Assembly (NCBI GenBank): GCA_017507005.1 | Contig: JAFWBT010000019.1 | Coordinates: 13,900-77,899, forward strand | Reading direction: 5' to 3' | Length of the DNA stretch: 64,000 nt | DNA from: Clostridia bacterium | GTDB lineage: Bacteria; Bacillota; Clostridia; Christensenellales; Borkfalkiaceae | In this document: in pieces, positions 39,559 through 46,859 of the stretch | How positions within the stretch are numbered: position 1 is the first letter of the stretch | How the letters are laid out: each line of letters opens with the position of its first letter | Program-made: the position numbers and the translations under genes | Notes under the pieces: generated by a model | The model's database searches: none | The model's input: only the letters and a program-made list of their open reading frames with translations | Told to the model about the DNA's origin: nothing

Positions 39559-40008
39559 TTATTTTAAAACGATACCGAATTTGTCTTGCAGCCAGCGGAT
39601 ATCCGTCACCCAGCCTTCCACCTTGTTCCGCCTTAAATATTCCTCGTTCGCGCAAGAAAGCGCCGCGTGGAAATCCATTTGCGAACAGCGGTTCACTTTC
39701 ATAAACCACTCCATCGCTTCCATACCTCTGCCCATAAGCTGCGTGCGGCTGATATGTTTTACTTCGTGACAGCTATGACACAGCGCCACCACGTCCTCTA
39801 ACGTTTGCAACGCCCGTTCGTCGTCGTAGATCCATTTTTCGTGCGCCTCTAATCGCGCCGCTCTGCCGCATATCGTACACCTGCCGCCTGCGCGCGCGTA
39901 CGCGTCACGGCGAACCTTGTCCCAATCGCTCGGTTTTAATACGCTGCGAAGGTTGGAATACCAACACTCTTCGGGGACCATTTCAAAATTCAGCCTATAT
40001 TCTTTCAT
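39559..40008 (-). CDS. HNH-like zinc-finger nuclease-fold protein
   Basis: CTICG...AHEKW...LCHSCHEVKH arrangement. Its ATG overlaps the mutY stop (ATGA). Confidence 0.55.
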   Translation of the reverse strand: MKEYRLNFEMVPEECWYSNLRSVLKPSDWDKVRRDAYARAGGRCTICGRAARLEAHEKWIYDDERALQTLEDVVALCHSCHEVKHISRTQLMGRGMEAMEWFMKVNRCSQMDFHAALSCANEEYLRRNKVEGWVTDIRWLQDKFGIVLK

Positions 40009-41081
40009 ACGTCTATTCTCAATTGTTCGTCTTGTTTGGTGTCCTTTAACGCACCAAGGCATTGTCTAAACGCCGTCGGCAGGGATACCGTTTCCGTAAT
40101 CTCCCCCACCGTGTACGCGTCGAACGGCGCTACGTCCGTTTTTACCCACACACAGGTCATATTCCAACGGATATGGGTGAAAATATGGGTGTATTTTTGC
40201 CGTTTTACCTCGGTGAACTCGTACATGCCCCACTCGTTTAAGATATTTTCCGCCGTTTCGCCGTTTTTTATAACGTGCGAGGGAAATTCGTTCATACCCT
40301 TCAAAACACCCTCTTCGCGGCGTCTAATACAAAACCCTTGCGGCGTTTCGATTAGGAATACGAATACGTCCTCGTTTCTCTTGGGCGGCTTTTGCGGCAG
40401 AACGGGGAAATCCCTTTGCGTGCCGTGTAAATACGCGCCGCACAGCTCTTTTAACGGGCACACCGCACATTCAGGCGATTGCGGCTTGCAAAGCAACGCG
40501 CCCACTTCAAAAAGGCTCTGCGTAAACGCCGAACAAGCCTCTTTGGTGTTTGGGTACACCGCCGAGAGTTCTTTTTCAAGATATTTACGATAAGAGGGGT
40601 CGGAAATCACCGTCGGGTTTTCTTCCAAGCGCGCCGCAACGCGGAAAACGTTGCCGTCCACCGCCGCCGTCGGCTGACCGAACGCAATCGACGCGATTGC
40701 GCCTGCCGTATAGCTGCCGATACCGGGGAGTTTTTTCAATAGCGCGATATCTTGCGGAAATTCCCCGCCGTACTCGTTGACGAGGATTTTTGCCGTCTTT
40801 TGCATATTTCGCACACGGCTATAATACCCCAGCCCTTCCCACAGCTTTAACAGTTTTTCTTCTGCACAGACTGCCAAATCCTCCACTGTCGGGAGAGCGG
40901 ACATAAACCGCGCGTAGTATTCTTTCACCGCTTCCACACGCGTTTGCTGTAACATAATTTCGGACACCCACACCCGATACGGCGTTGGATTTTCTCGCCA
41001 AGGCAAGTCGCGTTTATGCTGTTGATACCACGAAAGCAAGGGGGCAGGTATGCGTTGAAAGGAAAATTCACTCTTTTTCAT
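40005..41081 (-). CDS. mutY: A/G-specific adenine DNA glycosylase MutY
   Basis: PYRVWVSEIMLQQTRVE, HhH-GPD (LPGIGSYTAGAI), a 4Cys cluster (C..C..C.....C), and a C-terminal NUDIX-like domain. Start at the ATG at 41081 with AGGAG upstream. Confidence 0.9.
   Translation of the reverse strand: MKKSEFSFQRIPAPLLSWYQQHKRDLPWRENPTPYRVWVSEIMLQQTRVEAVKEYYARFMSALPTVEDLAVCAEEKLLKLWEGLGYYSRVRNMQKTAKILVNEYGGEFPQDIALLKKLPGIGSYTAGAIASIAFGQPTAAVDGNVFRVAARLEENPTVISDPSYRKYLEKELSAVYPNTKEACSAFTQSLFEVGALLCKPQSPECAVCPLKELCGAYLHGTQRDFPVLPQKPPKRNEDVFVFLIETPQGFCIRRREEGVLKGMNEFPSHVIKNGETAENILNEWGMYEFTEVKRQKYTHIFTHIRWNMTCVWVKTDVAPFDAYTVGEITETVSLPTAFRQCLGALKDTKQDEQLRIDV
41040..41059 (+). repeat. Dispersed repeat family, copy c inside the mutY N-terminus (antisense to the gene)
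   Basis: GGGGGCAGGTATGCGTTGAA. 19 nt identical to copy b. Supplies codons for FQRIPAP. Confidence 0.8.
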
Positions 41082-41135
41082 TAAAAATTTTCTCCTAAAT
41101 CCCGTCAACGCCTAACGCCGACAAAACGGAACATT

Positions 41136-41873
41136 TTATTCCCCTTTTTGCAACGAGTTTAAGAAAATAATCGTTTCGGTGAACGAGGGCGCGTCGGGGA
41201 AATCCATAGGCGTGGGCAATGACATCAGCGTATCGTCGCCAACGTACGTAACGTCCGCCTTACCCTCTTCGCGCGTGCTGACAAGGCAGTTTCCTATGCC
41301 AACGAACGTGCCGGGATAGCCGCTGAATACGCTCTTCATTAAATCGACGCCGCAAATAATATGTACGTCCTCTTTCCGCGATACAATGTCGATAATCTCG
41401 CGGTATTCTTCAAAATCGCCGTTCGCGTTACAGCCGTCCAGCTCGTCCAAGCCGTCGAGAATCACGAACAATCTCGGATACCCCTTGCCCGTTTCACGCA
41501 TCCGCAACAGCTCGCTGATAGTGTCCTTTGCCTGCGCGAGCTCTTCTTTCGTAGACAAATACGGCACGGTGGCGTCGATATTTTTCAAGCGTAACAGCTC
41601 GCCGTACTCCGCGCGCGGTGACAACACCAAAAAGCACGCCTCGTCCTTTTCGTACAGGCAGGACAGCGTAATCATCAAACGCCGAATAAAGGACGTACGT
41701 TTTACGCCCGTGACGCAGGTATGCCGAAACACGATAGGGCCTTGACGGCGTTGCGACAGCACGATATTGTCCGCCGCGTCCGTGCCCAAAGGGATCCCTT
41801 TACGCAATTCTTCAAATTTGTCGTTGTCTTTACTAAGCTGGGATATCTTCGTAATAAATTCTTCCGAGCGCAT
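41136..41873 (-). CDS. FtsK/SpoIIIE-like P-loop-fold protein with a degenerate Walker A
   Basis: GIPLGTD...PIVFRHTCVTGVKRTSF in place of GxxGSGKS, and a Walker-B-like LFVILDGLDEL. 245 aa, no TM. Confidence 0.45.
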   Translation of the reverse strand: MRSEEFITKISQLSKDNDKFEELRKGIPLGTDAADNIVLSQRRQGPIVFRHTCVTGVKRTSFIRRLMITLSCLYEKDEACFLVLSPRAEYGELLRLKNIDATVPYLSTKEELAQAKDTISELLRMRETGKGYPRLFVILDGLDELDGCNANGDFEEYREIIDIVSRKEDVHIICGVDLMKSVFSGYPGTFVGIGNCLVSTREEGKADVTYVGDDTLMSLPTPMDFPDAPSFTETIIFLNSLQKGE

Positions 41874-42014
41874 ACCCTTGTTCTCCTTTTTCCCTATCCT
41901 TTTATTTGCCTCGCCCTTTCCGCCGCCTTTCCAGCGACAGATAAAACGTTCTTTCTCTTTTTAGTATACTATAAAAACGCGAAAATGTCAAGGGGTGAGA
42001 TAGGGAAAAGACAA

Positions 42015-42048
42015 CGGAAAAGACGCGTTTCATAAAGAAACGCGCCCT
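42015..42048 (-). terminator. Terminator after the serine protease gene
   Basis: GACGCGTTTC / GAAACGCGC stem. On the minus strand it is followed by CTTTTCC. Confidence 0.55.
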
Positions 42049-42186
42049 TTCACAAAAAAACATAAAAGAGAAGTTTTTGGATGGTCATCATTATTCCGCC
42101 CTTAAAAGAACGTTCGTTACAGCCAAGCCGCGTGATTGCGCGCAAAGCCGTTTTCGTATCTTTTCCTATATTTCGCTTAACTTGCG

Positions 42187-43629
42187 TTAATTATATTCCA
42201 CGAAATAGGAATCCTTATCGTACACAATCGTAACGTTCACTTCACTGCCGTCGCGGATAACGCCGAGCACCACCGTGTCCCCTTTGCGTACTTTCAGCAG
42301 CAAATCGTTCAGCTGGAAACGGCGAGAAAGCGTGTGCTTTACCCCCTCCGTTTCCCCTTGGGGAATAATCGTAAGCGATTGAATTTGGTCTTTATAGTTC
42401 AATTTATGATAAGCCGCCGCCGTCGATTCAATCTTTGCCGAATCCACCTCAAAGGATTCTTGAATACTTACTCTGCCGTCTTTATACACCGCCGTCGAAT
42501 CCGTTTGACGCACCATAACGCCGAGCATTGCGCGTTGCAATACGCCGCCGTTGTCCAAAATGTTATCGCAAAGATATTTCACCTGCGTAATCGGCAGGGC
42601 ATAGCCCATATTATCCACTTCGTCGTCCACGTTCTTTGCGTTGGTAATCCCGATGAGTTCACCCTCCGCATTGAACAGCGCGCCGCCCGAATTACCGTGG
42701 TTGATTGCGGCGTCCGTACGCATTACTCGATAGTCCACTAACGTACCCGAACCGTCCGTCGAGGACATTTGGATATATTCCGATTCCACGGAAATTACGC
42801 CGTTCGTTACGGCGATACCCGCGCCGTCGGGATTACCGATTGCAAACACTTTCTCGCCCGGCTGAATACTATCCGAATCGCCAATGGTTGCCTTCCGCAC
42901 CTCTGCGTTCTTGATATATTCGCTACCTTCCACCTTTAATACGGCGATATCGTAATCCATTGCGCCGCCGACGTACGTTGCGAGCATTCCCTCGCCGCCC
43001 TCGTCCTTGCCCGTTTCCGAGCTGAACATATTAAAAGCGCCGTAGCCGTACAAATAAATACTGTCCGAGATATGATTTTTCGTTTCGCACTCGTTATCGT
43101 ATATCACATGATAGTTGGTAACAATCAACGCGTTGCCTGCTTCTTTATTCAGGTCGATAATCACGCCGCTACCAGCCGACGCGTAATATTCCGTTTCCTT
43201 TTTCGTATTATACTGCGGCCAGCCCGTACTCGTCGTCACCGTCTTATAAAAACCGCAATAAATGCTGACGACGGAGAGCATATTCTCCGCAATCGTTTTC
43301 GTGTCGTTGTCTTCCTGCACGTCCACGTCGAGGTATTCGGTCAAAAATTCCAAGAACGTACCCGTATACCCTTCCTCTTTCGCCGCGTTATAAATATCTT
43401 TAATATCCAAATCGGCAGCATTTTCGCCGTCCTTACCTCTAAGGCTGGACAACCATTCTTCTTCCGTGCCGACAAAACCGTTCTTCACTGCGATATCGTA
43501 CGCGTTGATGATTTCCTTTTCCTCGTTGCAGGCAACCATACCCGTCGCTAGTATTGCCGCGCAAGAAATCGCCGTCAATGTTTTGAATATTTTTTTCATA
43601 CCTTCCGTCTTCCTTTTCATCTCAATCAA
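42187..43629 (-). CDS. Trypsin-like (S1C) serine protease lipoprotein
   Basis: Lipobox GMVAC. His (TNYHV), Asp (DIAVLKV) and Ser (GNSGGALF) triad context. The N-terminus carries two copies of a Y..A...G(F/Y).GT..E(W/F)L motif. Confidence 0.85.
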   Translation of the reverse strand: MIEMKRKTEGMKKIFKTLTAISCAAILATGMVACNEEKEIINAYDIAVKNGFVGTEEEWLSSLRGKDGENAADLDIKDIYNAAKEEGYTGTFLEFLTEYLDVDVQEDNDTKTIAENMLSVVSIYCGFYKTVTTSTGWPQYNTKKETEYYASAGSGVIIDLNKEAGNALIVTNYHVIYDNECETKNHISDSIYLYGYGAFNMFSSETGKDEGGEGMLATYVGGAMDYDIAVLKVEGSEYIKNAEVRKATIGDSDSIQPGEKVFAIGNPDGAGIAVTNGVISVESEYIQMSSTDGSGTLVDYRVMRTDAAINHGNSGGALFNAEGELIGITNAKNVDDEVDNMGYALPITQVKYLCDNILDNGGVLQRAMLGVMVRQTDSTAVYKDGRVSIQESFEVDSAKIESTAAAYHKLNYKDQIQSLTIIPQGETEGVKHTLSRRFQLNDLLLKVRKGDTVVLGVIRDGSEVNVTIVYDKDSYFVEYN

Positions 43630-43773
43630 CCGATTTTTACGCGATTATTTACCTTTATCGGTTTTATTATACCGCACTTTTTCGTTGATTGTTTTAAAAC
43701 TGTTTGAAAATTGTGTGATAATTCTTAATTTTATTAACTATTTTCGCCTGAACTCAGCCCTAACGGCTTTGGC

Positions 43774-44358
43774 TTAAAAGCCTTCCAAATCGTCCAAGGT
43801 CAGCTCGAACGAAGGGATAAAATGCTCGAAAAAATATTCCACTTCAGGCATATTTCTGCTGTGCAAATCTTCTTCTATGCTCTTTTTCGCCTTGGTAAAT
43901 TCGCTGTTACCCGAACGCAGTTCTTCCAAGCATTTGATATACGCCGCAAGGCGGTCAGCCGCCTTTACGAGGCGGTATTCCACGCTATCCTCGTCTGCAA
44001 TGACGTACGGAGCAATCTCGCCGCGCATAGCGTCAGGCAGCGTTTGCACGATTTTTTCGCAAGCGCTCTTTTCCAGCTCTTTATACGCGCCGTGGATACT
44101 GCGATTGTAATATTTAATGGGCGTGGGCAAATCCCCCGTCATTACCTCGCTCGTTTCGTGATACATAGCGTACAGCACCGTTTTCAAAACGTCTGCGTTA
44201 CCGCCGTACACGCCGTTATGAATCGTGACGAGCGCGTGCGACAACAGCGCAACCGACTGCGAGTGCTCCATAATATTCTCTTCGCGTACCGAACGCATAA
44301 GCTGCCAGCGTTTGATATATTTCATTCTATCGAGATAGGCGTAAAAATCGTGCCGCAT
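43774..44358 (-). CDS. yfbR: HD-domain 5'-deoxynucleotidase (YfbR family)
   Basis: RMKYIKRWQLMRSVREENIMEHS...YHETSEVMTGDLPTPIKY..., collinear with E. coli YfbR as I recall it. Confidence 0.85.
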   Translation of the reverse strand: MRHDFYAYLDRMKYIKRWQLMRSVREENIMEHSQSVALLSHALVTIHNGVYGGNADVLKTVLYAMYHETSEVMTGDLPTPIKYYNRSIHGAYKELEKSACEKIVQTLPDAMRGEIAPYVIADEDSVEYRLVKAADRLAAYIKCLEELRSGNSEFTKAKKSIEEDLHSRNMPEVEYFFEHFIPSFELTLDDLEGF

Positions 44359-44396
44359 ATTTTTTCCTCTTTTTTATTTTTTTGTGTGCGTGACGC

Positions 44397-44425
44397 TTGA
44401 CAAACGCCACGCTTTGTTTTATACT
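44397..44425 (+). promoter_or_regulatory. Sigma-A promoter driving the TPP riboswitch and thiT
   Basis: TTGACA, 17 nt spacer, TATACT. Confidence 0.6.
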
Positions 44426-44439
44426 GTTATTACAAAATT

Positions 44440-44540
44440 TATAAACGTATCCGTCGTGGGTGCCTTACAAAGGCTGAGATTATACCATTGGAATCGGCAG
44501 GGTAATACCTGAGCGAGAGATTGATAACCGTTTTTCGGCG
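44440..44540 (+). promoter_or_regulatory. TPP (THI-box) riboswitch
   Basis: GGGUGCC...GCUGAGA..UACC....CAGGGUAAUACCUGAGCGAGAGA matches the conserved THI-box elements. Located upstream of a ThiT-like gene. Boundaries approximate. Confidence 0.7.
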
Positions 44541-44609
44541 TACGTTTTGTTAGCGGTATTCGGCTACGAATACTATCGCGACGCAAACGTTATGAGCGAA
44601 ACAGGATTT

Positions 44610-44646
44610 CACCCACGAGCTATTTGGCGCGATGGGTGTTTTTTTG
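44610..44646 (+). terminator. Riboswitch expression-platform terminator
   Basis: CACCCA...TGGGTG hairpin followed by T7. CACCCAC can alternatively pair with GTGGGTG of the aptamer 5' side. Confidence 0.5.
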
Positions 44647-44693
44647 TCGTAAAACCGATAAAAAACGCAGCGGCGGTACAAAAGGAGGTTTTT

Positions 44694-45392
44694 ATGTTTC
44701 TCTTTTCCCTTTTGGAAGTCAGCGAAAAGGCGACTAACGTCGTCAAATGGATTTCCGTTGCCGCCGTGGTGTTATTGCTCGGCGTAATCGCCCTACTCGG
44801 GCTGACGAACAAAAAAAGCTTTGACGGGCGCAGACTCGCCTTTGCAGGCATTTGCGTCGCTATGTCGTTCGTCTTGGCTATGATTAAGGTGAAACCCGTT
44901 CAATACGGCGGCTCTATCACCCTCGCGTCGTTTGTTCCCGTGCTTATCTACGCCTATGCGTACGGACCGATTGACGGGCTGATTGTCGGGCTGGTGCACG
45001 GCTTGCTCAATTTCATTGAATCGCCGTACATTTTAACGCCCGCCACCTTCGTTCTCGATTATCTGTTGCCCTTTGCCAGCGTTGCGCTGATGGGCTTTTT
45101 CGGAAAATCCCAGAAAAACGAAAAATCGGTGCTGCCCGTACTTTTGGGTTGTATTTGCGTTTTTGGCGCAAGATTTTTCTTCCACTTATTATCGGGTACT
45201 ATCTTTTTCTTGCAGGACGCCGTGTGGGTATCCTTCCCCGATTGGGCAACGCAAAACGCCTTTATCTATTCTTTCATTTATCAATGTGTCTACGTCCCCG
45301 CAGACGCGCTCATCGCGACCATGGTATTGCTCTTTTTCAAAAAGTCGGGCGTTTTAGACCGCCTCGTCGATTTGATGAAACGCAAAAAATAA
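44694..45392 (+). CDS. thiT: ECF-type thiamine transporter S component (ThiT-like)
   Basis: AAAGGAGG RBS. Six-TM protein resembling ThiT (YLLPFASVALMGFFGK...FFFHLLSGTIFF). The ORF-track extension to 44547 covers the riboswitch platform. Confidence 0.75.
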   Translation: MFLFSLLEVSEKATNVVKWISVAAVVLLLGVIALLGLTNKKSFDGRRLAFAGICVAMSFVLAMIKVKPVQYGGSITLASFVPVLIYAYAYGPIDGLIVGLVHGLLNFIESPYILTPATFVLDYLLPFASVALMGFFGKSQKNEKSVLPVLLGCICVFGARFFFHLLSGTIFFLQDAVWVSFPDWATQNAFIYSFIYQCVYVPADALIATMVLLFFKKSGVLDRLVDLMKRKK

Positions 45393-45409
45393 CCGTCTTT
45401 TTAGGTTTG

Positions 45410-45446
45410 AAAACTCTTCCGAATTCTTCGGGAGAGTTTTTATTTT
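45410..45446. terminator. Bidirectional terminator between thiT and rimM
   Basis: AAACTCTTCCGAA / TTCGGGAGAGTTT stem (one mismatch) followed by TTTTTATTTTTT. Confidence 0.7.
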
Positions 45447-45488
45447 TTCACTCGTCTATCGCCCTATTGTATCGCCTTACTTATAGCC

Positions 45489-45989
45489 TTAATATACGGC
45501 GACCTCGTCAAAGCGCGTCTTGTTGACGACGAGCTTTCCGTTTTCGATATCCACCTTAACAACGACGCCTTTGATAGCAGGGAACAAGATGTTTTTGCCG
45601 TCCTTTTCAAGTGTGTAGATATCCGACGAAAGGTTGGTGACGTCTTTCACCGTACCCAAAAATTCGCCCTCTTCCGTCTCGCAGGAAAGCCCTAAAATAT
45701 CCACGATATAATATTGCCCCTCTTCCAAGGCAGGCGCGTCCGAACGTTCGCCTTCCAGCTTTTTGCCCCTGAACAGCTCTGCCGCGTTACGGTCGGGAAT
45801 ACCGCGCAAGCCCATATACGCCGCGCCGTCCGTTCCCACGCGGAAAGAAAGTATTTTATACGGCGTATCGTCGATATACACCGTCTTAAACGCCTTTACG
45901 TCCTCGGGAAAATCGGTGAACGTTTTCACCTTTAATTCTCCGCGAATCCCCTGCGGCTTTAATACCTCTCCAATGATCAGTCGACTCAT
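45489..45989 (-). CDS. rimM: 16S rRNA processing protein RimM
   Basis: IGEVLKPQGIRGELKV N-terminus and a PRC-barrel-like C-terminus. Confidence 0.9.
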   Translation of the reverse strand: MSRLIIGEVLKPQGIRGELKVKTFTDFPEDVKAFKTVYIDDTPYKILSFRVGTDGAAYMGLRGIPDRNAAELFRGKKLEGERSDAPALEEGQYYIVDILGLSCETEEGEFLGTVKDVTNLSSDIYTLEKDGKNILFPAIKGVVVKVDIENGKLVVNKTRFDEVAVY

Positions 45990-46030
45990 AGTTCTCCTCT
46001 TTTTTCTTCTTTGCTTTTCCCAACGAGCGT

Positions 46031-46075
46031 GGGCAGAAAAACGCGTTCAACGCATACCTGCCCTCGTCGTTTTTT
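46031..46075 (-). repeat. Dispersed repeat family, copy d (intergenic, between the KH gene and rimM)
   Basis: Minus strand AAAAAACGACGAGGGCAGGTATGCGTTGAACGCGTTTTTCTGCCC. GGGCAG and CTGCCC form a perfect 6-bp closing stem. Confidence 0.9.
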
Positions 46076-46142
46076 AAAATGGCAAAAAAAGGCTTTGTTA
46101 AAAAAGCCTTTTTTGTTTTTCGGTTTTTGCGGTGTTACGCAA

Positions 46143-46418
46143 TTATTCCTCGTCCGTAGCCACGTCGCTGTCCACAGCGTCGCCGCCACGTTCGCGAATC
46201 TCGATAAGGTATTTTTTACTGCTTGCAGGCGTAGCCGCGCGAACGATGGTACGCATCGCTTTTGCGATTTTACCCTGTTTACCGATTACCTTGCCCATAT
46301 CCGAGGGCGAAAGGACTACGACAACGTCGATAACGCGGTCTTTTTCTTTCACCTGATATTCAACGTTTTCTTTATCCTCCGCAAACTGTCCGACAATGTA
46401 TTTAATTAAATCCAGCAT
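46143..46418 (-). CDS. KH-domain RNA-binding protein (YlqC-like)
   Basis: VIGKQGKIAKAMRTIV (GxxG KH motif). GGAGG RBS before the ATG at 46418. Confidence 0.85.
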   Translation of the reverse strand: MLDLIKYIVGQFAEDKENVEYQVKEKDRVIDVVVVLSPSDMGKVIGKQGKIAKAMRTIVRAATPASSKKYLIEIRERGGDAVDSDVATDEE

Positions 46419-46488
46419 ATACAATGCCTCCTGTTTTCTGTACTTACCTCGCGCCCATTTTTCGCGACGTATATTATATTACGTTCGC

Positions 46489-46779
46489 TTATTTAGATTT
46501 CTTCGTCTTGGTCTTGGAAGGGCTGAGTTTCGCGCTCTTTTCCATAGCGCCCGTCTTAACGAGAAGGTTCTTCACCGTTTCCGTGGGCTGAACGCCTTTT
46601 GCAATCCAATCCTTTGCCTTTTCAACGTCCACCGTGAGTTCTACGGGTTCGCAGGTAGGTCTGTAATGACCAACGCAATCGATGTATTCGCCCGTTGCAG
46701 CCTTTCTGCTGTCAACAACTACGATACGATAGATAGGGTTTCTCTTGTCGCCCATTCTGAAAAGTCTCATTTTTACCAT
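46489..46779 (-). CDS. rpsP: 30S ribosomal protein S16
   Basis: MVKMRLFRMGDKRNPIYRIVVVDSR. GGAGG RBS before the ATG at 46779. Confidence 0.95.
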   Translation of the reverse strand: MVKMRLFRMGDKRNPIYRIVVVDSRKAATGEYIDCVGHYRPTCEPVELTVDVEKAKDWIAKGVQPTETVKNLLVKTGAMEKSAKLSPSKTKTKKSK

Positions 46780-46859
46780 AATAATACCTCCAAAGTATAT
46801 CAAAAATTTTTTCTTATTTTTTCGGCTATTCGCCGTTTTTATCTTTTGTTTTTCCTTAT

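Noticed and set aside
41900-42040. A possible small ORF (MSRGEIGKRQRKRRVS) and other short ORFs in the 313-nt spacer upstream of the FtsK-like gene.
   Set aside because: There is no RBS. The composition is basic and low-complexity, and the region is better explained as the protease terminator plus the promoter region of the downstream gene.
46031-46063. Reading the repeat head GGCAGG...TTGA as a sigma-54 promoter (TGGCAC-N5-TTGC), or as a KOPS-like GGGNAGGG polarity signal.
   Set aside because: The spacing between the GG and the TTG is 2 nt too long, and the -12 element is TTGA rather than TTGC. The KOPS resemblance covers only 7 of 8 nt, whereas conservation extends over 30-45 nt, which short polarity signals would not explain.
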